Assembly (NCBI GenBank): GCA_019694475.1
Contig: JAIBBX010000007.1
Span: forward strand, 9,225 to 73,224
Origin: Parachlamydiales bacterium
GTDB taxonomy: Bacteria; Chlamydiota; Chlamydiia; Chlamydiales; SM23-39
Length of the DNA: 64,000 nt
Direction of reading: 5' to 3'
Under the pieces are notes generated by a model. The model saw only the letters and a program-made list of their open reading frames with translations, had not been told where the DNA came from and did not search any database. Position numbers and translations under genes: made by a program. Shown piece after piece: positions 1 through 9,200 of this stretch (position 1 is its first letter; every line of letters begins with the position of its first letter).

Positions 1-1
1 G

Positions 2-151
2 CCAGCGCTCATCGGTGAAATGCTCTACGTTCGCGGAGAAATCGTCAAAGAGTCTCGCAAACTTGTTGAAATGAAGGCCACTATCCTTAAGACCGATGCA
101 TCCGGTAAATTGATTGCCCGTTCCACAGGAAAAGCGATGAGGATCAAATGA
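2..151 (+). CDS. 3' end of a CDS truncated by the window edge; the tail resembles a hotdog-fold (PaaI-type) thioesterase
   Basis: Frame 2 is open from the window edge to TGA at 149-151 and reads PALIGEMLYVRGEIVKESRKLVEMKATILKTDASGKLIARSTGKAMRIK*. The stop overlaps the next start (ATGA at 148-151). Confidence 0.35.
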   Translation, partial: PALIGEMLYVRGEIVKESRKLVEMKATILKTDASGKLIARSTGKAMRIK

Positions 152-1272
152 ATACTATAATTGTTGGCGGAGGGATCACAGGACTTAGCGCTGCATGGTT
201 TCTCCTAAAGAAGAATCCAAAAGCCAAAATCACTCTTCTTGAAAAAGAGAACCGTCTCGGCGGCTGGATCCGCACCTGTAATGAAGGGGGATTCCTCTTC
301 GAAAAGGGGCCCCGCACTTTCCCTTTCAGCCGCAATCCCCATCTTCTAGAACTTATCCAAGATCTAAAGCTTGAACTCATCTCCTCAGAGCCGGCAGCCG
401 CTAAGAGATTCATTCTCCATAAAGGCCATCTCCGTACTCCCGGTTCCTTTTTGCCGACCCTCATTCCCTATCTCATTCGGGAACTTTTCATCCGCCCATC
501 TACCTCCGATGACGAATCGATCTACGACTTTGCCGCCCGTCGTTTTAGTCCAAAAATTGCAGAAACATTCTTCGATCCACTCACTCTCGGTATTTACAGC
601 GGCGATATACGGAAACTATCCATCCGCGCCTGTTTTCCTGCGCTTTACAAATGGGAGCGCGAAAAAGGGTCTGTTGTGCGCGGCCTCTTTTCATCCCCCA
701 AAAATAAATCAAAAGCTAAAGGTCTATTTACGGTAAAAAGCGGAATGGAAACGCTCATCCATGAACTTGAGAAAAAACTCCCGATTGATATTGTACTTAA
801 CTGTTCTGTCGAAAAGTTCTCCGAACATGAAGTCATTGCAGGCGGGAAAACGTACCATGCCGATCGGGTGATCTCTGCTCTTCCACCACAATATTCCAAT
901 AGATCGATTTGGGTGGTTAATCTCGCCTATGCAGGCGATGTGCTGGTTAAAAAAGGCTACGGTTATCTCGTTCCCACTCAGGAGAAAGAATCTCTCCTTG
1001 GAGTGATTTTTGATTCGGCGATCTTTCCACAGCAAAACCGGACTTCAGAAACACGTCTCACTGCGATGGTTCGCCCAGAAGAGAAAGAGCCTCTAAAGGC
1101 AGCGCTTAACGCACTTGAACGGCATCTTGGAATTAACGCGCAACCTGTCCACACATCTACATTCCTTGCCAAAAATGCGATCCCCCAATTCGAAGTGGGC
1201 TGCACCTATACGGATGGGGTGTCGGTCGATGCATGCATTCAAAAGGCTGCGAAACTCATTTCACCCAGATAA
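148..1272 (+). CDS. hemY: FAD-dependent protoporphyrinogen oxidase (HemY/PPOX type)
   Basis: The N-terminus has a dinucleotide-binding fold, IIVGGGITGLSAAWFL...LEKENRLGGWIRT, typical of PPOX. At 374 aa it is somewhat short for the family. Confidence 0.75.
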   Translation: MNTIIVGGGITGLSAAWFLLKKNPKAKITLLEKENRLGGWIRTCNEGGFLFEKGPRTFPFSRNPHLLELIQDLKLELISSEPAAAKRFILHKGHLRTPGSFLPTLIPYLIRELFIRPSTSDDESIYDFAARRFSPKIAETFFDPLTLGIYSGDIRKLSIRACFPALYKWEREKGSVVRGLFSSPKNKSKAKGLFTVKSGMETLIHELEKKLPIDIVLNCSVEKFSEHEVIAGGKTYHADRVISALPPQYSNRSIWVVNLAYAGDVLVKKGYGYLVPTQEKESLLGVIFDSAIFPQQNRTSETRLTAMVRPEEKEPLKAALNALERHLGINAQPVHTSTFLAKNAIPQFEVGCTYTDGVSVDACIQKAAKLISPR

Positions 1273-2113
1273 CGTCCCAGTGGTGGACTCCGAAAGATTC
1301 GGGTTCAATCCACTCTTCTCTTCCCTCATCTCTACGATGAGGGGAGGGAATTGGATAGAAGTAAGTGTATGGAAAGGCGATGTTTTTAAACCCTTTTTGG
1401 TGCCTCTCTTTGAAAAATGCTTTCCTCAAACAACCGGGCCCCGAAACTGACATCACTTCATCAGGGGTTGTGCCTGGATTTCTTTTGGAAATTTCCTTTA
1501 AGCAGTACCTGAGAATGGGATGATCTGGAACAGAGGCAATGAGGGCATTGCCCATCGCAGGGGCCTGATCTTCATGGAAAGCAGCCTCTAACCCTGCATA
1601 AAAATCGCAAGTGGAGTGGATTGGATCAAAGCTCTTGAGACACTCAAAATCGGTGTCTACATAGAGCCCCCCATAATGAAGAAGGATATCGTAGCGAAGG
1701 ATGTCAGCTTTTTCTCCCACGCTGATCGCCCGTTCGAAGCGGGCCCGATCGGTGAAGGGGAAATCGGCGAGATCGGCATCTGTCCAGAGGCGGTATTCCC
1801 AGTCTGGGTTCTTCTCCTTCCAAGTATTTTGAAGACCTTTGTATTTTTCTGGAAACGGACCGCCAATCCAGATTTGGTGGATGATCTTCGGAATCTGGCC
1901 CTTCCCCTTTTTGGCCATCCCTTTTTCATAGAGATTTTTTAGCCATTTCCATCTGCGCCCTTGCTCATTTGAGTAGTAGTTAACGAAAGAAGAGCTCGCT
2001 TTACTCATGCTCGAATCAAACGAGATCCACTCAGAAGGGGCCCCCTTCTTGAAAACTGTGAAGTATAGGGAAATCGCGAGAATCAAAGCGAAAGGGACAA
2101 TCGATCTTTTCAT
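1256..2113 (-). CDS. DXD-motif glycosyltransferase (GT32 / PF04488-like) with an N-terminal membrane anchor or signal
   Basis: It has IPKIIHQIWIGGPFPEKY and GGLYVDTDFECL (DXD). The N-terminus is hydrophobic (VPFALILAISLYFTVF). Its 3' end overlaps the hemY 3' end by 17 nt in convergent orientation. Confidence 0.7.
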   Translation of the reverse strand: MKRSIVPFALILAISLYFTVFKKGAPSEWISFDSSMSKASSSFVNYYSNEQGRRWKWLKNLYEKGMAKKGKGQIPKIIHQIWIGGPFPEKYKGLQNTWKEKNPDWEYRLWTDADLADFPFTDRARFERAISVGEKADILRYDILLHYGGLYVDTDFECLKSFDPIHSTCDFYAGLEAAFHEDQAPAMGNALIASVPDHPILRYCLKEISKRNPGTTPDEVMSVSGPGCLRKAFFKERHQKGFKNIAFPYTYFYPIPSPHRRDEGREEWIEPESFGVHHWDVIWVK

Positions 2114-2195
2114 AAAGAGGAACTATACTCGTTCCAGTTGAATATTCTCAATTTTTGGCGCTTTGACGCTGGTCAAAATTGAGAAGATTCCTTTC

Positions 2196-3860
2196 TTAAT
2201 AGGAAGCGATGAGGCCGAGGTGGAATTTGCCGAAGCTAGTCCCTACGATGCTGTCTTTGTGAAGTTTGATCCCATAGTCAGCTCTGAAATTAAGATAACT
2301 TCCAAGTTCGTATCTAATCCCAGGGCCTATTCCCATGAGATACTCATCTTTTTTATCATTGGAAAGGGACGGATAGTTCCAGCCTCTTCCATAATCGAAG
2401 AAAATCAGAGCGGTGAAGCGTCCTCTCAACGAAGATTGTCTCCAAAGGCAGTGAGAGCCGCTCCAGCGCATTTCGACGTTTGAAATAAATGCGTTGTCCG
2501 CATTAAAGATCCTCTCGTCGTAGCCGCGAACTGTATCGTACCCGCCGATCGGCATCTGTTCACTCGGGAGGAGGGCGCCGCTCGCGCCTTGAAAGCGAAG
2601 GACGGGATTAAAAGAGAAGCCGCGTCCGAATTGAACTTCATCCGAGGCCATTAGACGGGCGTAGATATATTGGTTTATCGCTTTGTTGCGAAGGTTGTTG
2701 AAATCATTGTTGTTTCCTCTACCGAAAAGTTCACCTGGCGAGCCATACACATTGATTAAGCAAGATATCTTGTGTTTTTCATCTTGATAAGCGAGATCTG
2801 TCCCAACGACTAATTGGAAAAGATTAACGCTTTTATACACAATCGGAACAGAGTTTTCGCTAATGTATTCTAGGTTGTTGTTCATGTATTTATAATCCCA
2901 TCCGAAAATCATCTCGGTGAGCTGTGCGATCCAATTCTTACCCCATGGAAGGTGATAGCGGAGGGAGGCTTGTCCGGTAAAGCCGTCGTTTTTCAGATGG
3001 CCTGTTGGGGGCATGACTTCGCTGTTGAGAGAAGAGAGATCGGGATGAACAAAAGAGAATCCTCCGAAAAGAGTTAGCGTGTGATGGATCGGCAGCGGGA
3101 TGGAGTAGTTAAATGTATGGGCCTGGAACTGCCCGTAGTCGGATGATGTGGTGAATTGATACGAGAGGACATGGTCCCATCCAAAAACATTGCCCCAATT
3201 CACTCCGGCAAACCAGCGGGCTTGCCCTGTGAAGTCGTTGCCGGTGTTATCGCCGCCTGTATAGAATCTCCATGTGAGCCTATCGCGTGTAAGGAGAAGA
3301 ATATCTGTGGTGTTTTGTTCTTTCCCTGGAGCAAACGTTGCGTTTGTGATGCGGAACGGATTGCGGTTCATAAACGCAAGATCGGAGAGGAGGCGGTTTG
3401 TGTCGATTTGATCGCCCGGGCAAAGTTTGATATACCGCCTTAGTTGGCCGTCTCGAAAATGGCAGTTCCCTTGAAAGAGGATTTCTCCAAGGGAGGCTTC
3501 TACGACAACCATTTGGACGATCCCATTTTCTACTTCTTGTTCAGGAATTTCTACAGAAACGACAGGACGGTGATGCATCTTATAGTGGAGGAGGATCTTT
3601 TCTTTAATCCCTGAAAGAATTTGAGGTGAAATCTCTTTGCCAAAATATTCATTCTCGAGAATGGCCTCTAATTTGAATGGGGCTCCCGGCAAATCTACTC
3701 CGACAAGAATGATCCCTTTCTTTTCTTCATCGAGCGGAAGGGCCAGATCGTTTTCATTTTTGCAAAGAACAACCCCTCGGATTGTATTATTTTGTTTAGT
3801 TTCGACTCCAAAGCAAGCTGCAGCAGCAAGTGAGAGGAGGATGAGGAGATATCGGTTCAT
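2196..3860 (-). CDS. Two-partner-secretion outer-membrane transporter (TpsB, ShlB/FhaC/HecB family), copy 2
   Basis: 554 aa with signal peptide MNRYLLILLSLAAAACFG. It has a POTRA-like segment (VVVEASLGEILFQGN) and the barrel motif IGGYDTVRGYDE, and ends in an aromatic residue (LIASY). The ATG overlaps the stop of the upstream TpsA (ATGA at 3857-3860). Confidence 0.85.
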   Translation of the reverse strand: MNRYLLILLSLAAAACFGVETKQNNTIRGVVLCKNENDLALPLDEEKKGIILVGVDLPGAPFKLEAILENEYFGKEISPQILSGIKEKILLHYKMHHRPVVSVEIPEQEVENGIVQMVVVEASLGEILFQGNCHFRDGQLRRYIKLCPGDQIDTNRLLSDLAFMNRNPFRITNATFAPGKEQNTTDILLLTRDRLTWRFYTGGDNTGNDFTGQARWFAGVNWGNVFGWDHVLSYQFTTSSDYGQFQAHTFNYSIPLPIHHTLTLFGGFSFVHPDLSSLNSEVMPPTGHLKNDGFTGQASLRYHLPWGKNWIAQLTEMIFGWDYKYMNNNLEYISENSVPIVYKSVNLFQLVVGTDLAYQDEKHKISCLINVYGSPGELFGRGNNNDFNNLRNKAINQYIYARLMASDEVQFGRGFSFNPVLRFQGASGALLPSEQMPIGGYDTVRGYDERIFNADNAFISNVEMRWSGSHCLWRQSSLRGRFTALIFFDYGRGWNYPSLSNDKKDEYLMGIGPGIRYELGSYLNFRADYGIKLHKDSIVGTSFGKFHLGLIASY

Positions 3861-6295
3861 AAAATCTCCTTCATTATGCCGTTTTGTTCTCGAGGATATG
3901 GACGCAAAGTCTCATATTCCCACTGTTGGGGTTCGTCAAAGATCCAGAATTCGCGGCCGATGAAGCCAGGATAGTCGTAATCAAATAGCCTTTGTTGGAA
4001 TTCAAACATCGCTAAATCAAAGCTCGTAAGTAAAGAAGATGGAAAAGAAAATCCCTTATAGAAAATGGTGTAGGGGACTCCTTGGAATGAGCTAGGGAAA
4101 TAGATGCCCCAATATTCCTGCGTCGTGTTGACAAACTCCTGACCAGGGGTGAATTGGACTCCTTGCAGGTGTCCGAGGATACTGTTATTTCCCTGCGAGG
4201 CGGTGAAGATTCTCAAAGGTTGATTGGCAACAACATTAGTGAAGACCGAGGCTTGAGGCCCGATATAAAGGGAGCCATTTCCTATATGAGGCGGGGCTGG
4301 GTTTGCATTGTCGACGATGAGGCAGAGAGGAACTGAAGCTGTGAAGATAGTCGCATTTTCATTCAGAATAATATCCTGGCCCGCCATAACGTCAATGCTT
4401 CCAAGTATCCCCGAATGGACGATCCGGCCGTTGCTGTTGATCGTGATTGTCCCATTTGCTTCTATGAGCAGCTCTCCGTTTGTTGTTGCTAGGGTTGCCG
4501 TTGCTGTGGGAGCTCCCCCCGTGAGGGTAATATGATTCCCATTTATGTAAGTGAGATCAGAGCTTCCTGCGATCCTAGCTTGGCTGATCGGTGAAGCGGT
4601 AAGCGAGATATTGCCCCGCGCAGTAATCGATGAGTTTTCCAGACAGGTGATTGACGCTTCCGATGGTGTCGTCGGAGAAAAGCCTCCTTGGAGAGTGATA
4701 TTTTGATTAAACTCGGCTGTTAAATTGCCTCCAACCGTAATCGAAGCGTATCCGCTGTCTCCTAAGCTTCCTACTTGATTCAAATTCTTGCCTTGTAATA
4801 CTGCATTTTCAAGGGTTTGGATTTGGGCGTAGGCTCCTGTGACAGGGGTCAGCTGGGAACCGATTAGAGAAATATCTCCGACAGCACTGATGACGATCGC
4901 TCCTGTAGAAGAGTAGATCTCAGAGGGAGAAGGGCCTACCTGAGTCCCTGCCAGGATCGTCAGATTTCTTCCTGCGTCGATTGAGATGGCCCCGCTTGCC
5001 GTCTGGATAGCGGATAGCGCTTGTGTTACGGGGTTTGTCAAAGCATCGGGAGATCCAATGATTGCATCCCTTCCGGAGAGAAGGGAGATGTTTCCTGAAC
5101 CCATGCACTGGACCTGCTCTTCAATGATGATGTCGCGATCGGCGCTAAGCGTTAGCGAACCGGCTGAATTCCAAACAACCTGAGCTTGGACGAAAATATC
5201 GCCGGACCCAAAATTTCCTGCTGTAGTTTGGACCGTTACATCGGCCATTCCCAAGGCATTTGCCAGTTCCGTTGCGTCAAGTTCCCCGGGTGCTGAGGCT
5301 GGGTTGTAAACAGGGGGAATAAAGGGAGGGGAGCTCGCCCCAAAAGTCCCAATTGTCACATCGCCTGGGTCAAGCAAAAGCTTTCCTTGCACTCCCATCG
5401 GGGCCGAAGCGTCGATTTTCCCTTTATAGTCGAGAGTCCCTTTGCTTGAGATCTCGATGAATCCGCCGTTGCCTTGAAGAGCGCCTCCTCTTGCTGAAAC
5501 CATTCCGTAGAATCCGGTCGCCTCTTCTGAGAGAATAAAAATGTTTCCTCCATCGCCTTCGATGGCAGCATCGGCGCGGATGATAGAGCCTGGAGCAATG
5601 GCTGTTTGCTTTGATTCGAAAGATCCGATGGACACGTCGCCGCCCTTGAAATCCCCAGAGACATCTATCTCGGCGTTTTGGAACGTGCGAATGTATTCTC
5701 CGGAAATTTCAACCGTTCCCGAAGGGGCTCGAAGGGCTCCATCGATTTCTAGGATCCCTTTTGGGGCCACGAGGAAAATCCGCCCCCCCTCTTCTTTCGT
5801 CCCGAGGGCGTCAATTTTCCCTTTGTGTTGGATGGCAAGAGCAAAGGGGTTGATATTGGATGCTCCTTCCAAGGGCAAGATTGATATAGAGGAAAGCCCC
5901 CCCTCTTTTTTAAGGAGAGATTCAGGAGCTATATCGGCTGCAAAGGCCATGAAATTTGCCGTTTGTACAGTGCCATTTTCTCCTACAACGATCCCATTTG
6001 GGTTGATGAGAAAAACAGATCCATTGGCTTCGAGGCGTCCCAAAATTGCGCTTGGATTTCCGCTGGTTACTTTGTTGATCGCAACCGATTGGGCGTTCGG
6101 CTGCAGAAAGCGGGTGATTTCATCGAACCCGATTGAGAAATCGTCCCAAAGGATAATCGCTTCATCGGAAGTGCGTATCTCAAGCGAATTGAGGTCTAAC
6201 TTGGAAAATTCGGCTTCTCCATGTACAACTGCCGGCCCGCTTGGATTTCCTATAAGAGAGAAGGGAAAAAGAAGTGTAAGGATGATCCGTCTCAT
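3857..6295 (-). CDS. TpsA-type exoprotein (filamentous-haemagglutinin-like), 812 aa
   Basis: It has a signal peptide and a TPS/haemagglutination-activity domain (FLQPNAQSVAINKV...VFLINPNGIVVG), followed by GNGGFIEISS...GKLLLDPGDVTIG. The body is G/T/S/A-rich and looks beta-helical. The ATG overlaps the stop of the giant TpsA (ATGA at 6292-6295). Confidence 0.85.
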   Translation of the reverse strand: MRRIILTLLFPFSLIGNPSGPAVVHGEAEFSKLDLNSLEIRTSDEAIILWDDFSIGFDEITRFLQPNAQSVAINKVTSGNPSAILGRLEANGSVFLINPNGIVVGENGTVQTANFMAFAADIAPESLLKKEGGLSSISILPLEGASNINPFALAIQHKGKIDALGTKEEGGRIFLVAPKGILEIDGALRAPSGTVEISGEYIRTFQNAEIDVSGDFKGGDVSIGSFESKQTAIAPGSIIRADAAIEGDGGNIFILSEEATGFYGMVSARGGALQGNGGFIEISSKGTLDYKGKIDASAPMGVQGKLLLDPGDVTIGTFGASSPPFIPPVYNPASAPGELDATELANALGMADVTVQTTAGNFGSGDIFVQAQVVWNSAGSLTLSADRDIIIEEQVQCMGSGNISLLSGRDAIIGSPDALTNPVTQALSAIQTASGAISIDAGRNLTILAGTQVGPSPSEIYSSTGAIVISAVGDISLIGSQLTPVTGAYAQIQTLENAVLQGKNLNQVGSLGDSGYASITVGGNLTAEFNQNITLQGGFSPTTPSEASITCLENSSITARGNISLTASPISQARIAGSSDLTYINGNHITLTGGAPTATATLATTNGELLIEANGTITINSNGRIVHSGILGSIDVMAGQDIILNENATIFTASVPLCLIVDNANPAPPHIGNGSLYIGPQASVFTNVVANQPLRIFTASQGNNSILGHLQGVQFTPGQEFVNTTQEYWGIYFPSSFQGVPYTIFYKGFSFPSSLLTSFDLAMFEFQQRLFDYDYPGFIGREFWIFDEPQQWEYETLRPYPREQNGIMKEIL

Positions 6296-9200
6296 CTTCG
6301 AAAGCCCCCTTTTTTGTTTGGGATCCAGTAGAGAAGAGAGGGGCGTCGATCAGCGATCAAATCGTCAGCCCGGTCTTCGAGGAAGTAAACGTAATCGGCC
6401 AGCGTATACACCGGAGCATAGATCGATGGAACGAAGAAATAGGTATTTGGAATCAACTCGATGATCTCCTTAGGCGTGGGGGGAGTCGGCGCTGGGGGAG
6501 TAAAGCAAGATGTGATCTCAATGCCGTTAAGGGTGATAATGCAGGGGGGATTGGTGGGAATTTCATGGATTGTCCCATCGCCTGTTGAGCCGATGAAGTC
6601 CGCTCTTGAAGGGAATGGGCCGTTGGCTCCCGCAAAGATTTGGCCAAGCGCACTGACGGAGATTTCGTTCCCCAATACTCCGACATTTCCGTTCAGACCG
6701 TTGAAGCTTCCATCTCCTGTCAGAGAGATCAAATGGGGACCCATTGGATTGTTTTTAATCGTGGTATTCGAGACGAAATCAACCCCATGGGCAAGGATTG
6801 CATTAGTAAAGGTAATCTGCTCTCCATCTGCCGTGACCTGACCGATCTCTCCTGCCGCCAGTCCCACTTTCCCGATTGTGATTGTTCCAGAGCCTGTCGA
6901 GACGCTGAGATTTTCAATGCTCGTGCCGTAGACAGTGGGCAAGATGAAATCGAGGTTGTTGATCAGAATTGTAAAATCAGACCCGTTTGTGAGCTGGATA
7001 ACGCCCCCTAAGTTAAATAGGTTGCTATTCAGGAATGTCGTAATGACCGTGGGAAATCCGCCGCTCACATTCAAGTTCCCCGGAGCTGTATAGATTTGAG
7101 CGTCTGCAGTGTAGAGGGTCCCTGTCAAGTTGATATTGGAAGTTGAATTCGCGGCAACGGTCGCAGCTCCAGAGAGAGCTCCGCCAATATTAAAAAGGAA
7201 GACTGTACTTCCGTTGACGATTAAATTGCCCAGGGGCACGTTGCTTCCTACTGTGCCGTTGAGAGAGGCAGTTCCCGTACCGGCTTGGACAGTGAGATCT
7301 CTTCCCGCAACATCTCCATCGATTGTCCCATTGAATACGATATTGCCAGCGCCTAGGCCGCTTGTGACAGTGACGAGAGGGACTGTGTCGCGGATTACAT
7401 CGGAATTGATCGTGATGTCGCTGCCGATCGTCGTGATATTGGCTGAGAGAAGAAGAGTGCTTCCATAAGTAACGGTTCCGTTACTGAGGACGAAAGCGTT
7501 TTGATCGATGAATCCTCCATGGACATTAAGAGAGCCCAGGGCGGACATACCGCCTAGCGGGGCGAGAAAGACGACGTCGGGCAAAAGGGCGGTTCCCGTA
7601 TCTCCCCCTGTTACAGAGAAGGGAAAATTATTGTCGACAGTCGATGCAGCGCCAAAGAGTACTCTCCCCGCACCCGTCATGGCTCCGTTTGTCACATCGA
7701 TTGCGGAAGCTGCCGTCAGAGAAATGGGTCCCGAAAAGGAGACGTTTTGGTTACGGGTTGTGATATTGGCTCCGAGCTGCGTTCCGCTCATGGTCGTTTG
7801 AAGAAATCCTCCGTCAGCAAAGACATTCGCCCCCGAAGGAATTGTCAGCGTGCCGCTGTGGTTGACGGTGAAGGGGCCATTCGACCCCAGAGTCGTTGTA
7901 ACGGGCGCTGCAAATGAGAAGTTGACGCCGGTAAGATTAATCCCGCCGAGGGCATCGGTGTCGACATTGCTGGTGAAAGTCGCAGAGCCTGTTCCAGTTT
8001 GTGTAATCGTTGCAGCCCGGACAAATGGAGCGGTGACAAGCGATGCGGTGTTGATTACAAGATTTCCGATCCTTGTCGTTCCTCCGATATTGCCGCCGAA
8101 CGAGATCATCCCTGTGTCAGTGGTGAGAGTCAGGTTGCCTCCTCCGTCGATTGTGCTCGAGAAAGTAATGCCGGCTGCTCCTGGCGTTGTCTGGGTCGTT
8201 AAAACGGTAGCGCCGGATAAGGTCACAGCTCTTAAAAAGCTAATCGTATCGTTCGTTGTAGCAATGCTGCCAGCAAGCGTCACAGGGCCCGCTCCGTTTT
8301 GAGTAAAGGGTCCGTCAAGAGTCATCGTAGAGGCAAGATTAATCGTCAGTGTGCCGCTGTTTGTTACAGTAACAGGGCCTGCCGCGGTCGTATTCACCGG
8401 CGCTGAGAAAGTAACGTTCGTTCCTGTAATAGCAATCCCCGAAACGGTGTTGGTATCGAGAGCTCCGTTGAAGGTCGTCGTTCCTGTTCCTGCTGCTTGC
8501 GTGATCGATGCGGCGGTAATCGCGGCGGTTGTAACATCTGCCGCACTGTTGATTGTCAAAACGCCCAATCGGGTCGGAGTTCCTGCAGCCCCGGTTAAGG
8601 TAACATTTCCAAGTCCGGCGGTAAGCGAGAGATCTTGGCCGCCCGTGATCGTGCTGGAAAACAAAATGTTTCCTCCGCCCGAGTTCAATGCGATCGGAGA
8701 GACGGCGGGTGGGATAAGCGAAACAGCTCCTCCGAAGGAGAGATTCGCGTTTGCAGTCGTGACGTTGGCTCCGAGGAAAACAGGCCCTATCGTCTGAGTG
8801 AAGGCTCCTGCTGCGTTGATGGGAGCCGTCGTATTGATGGTCAGCGACCCGCTATTTGCGATCGTCACAACACCCGCCGCTGTCGTCGTAGCGGCGCCGT
8901 TCAAGACGAAGTTCGTTCCAGCGAGATTAATTCCCGCTGCGGTATTCGTATCCAAAGCGCCGCCGAATGTGGTGGTCCCGGAGCCAGTAGTTTGGGTGAT
9001 CGATCCAGCTGTGATAGCTGATGTTGTGACGTTGTTCGCGTTCCCGATCAGGAAGGTTCCGACACGCGTGCCACCCCCTACGATGCCGCTTAACGTGATA
9101 TCGCCTGTTCCAGAAGACAGGGTGAGATTTTCTGCGTTGGCGACTGTTCCATTGATTGTATTTTGGAAAATGATATTGCCGGCGCCCGCTCCCGTACTGA

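Noticed and set aside
144-464. A 106-aa minus-strand ORF overlaps the hemY start.
   Set aside because: It is antisense to the conserved FAD-binding N-terminus of hemY and has no motifs.
5541-6464. A 307-aa plus-strand ORF spans the TpsA1/TpsA2 junction.
   Set aside because: It is antisense to two well-supported TpsA genes, has low-complexity S/P/R-rich content and no motifs, and is treated as a shadow ORF.
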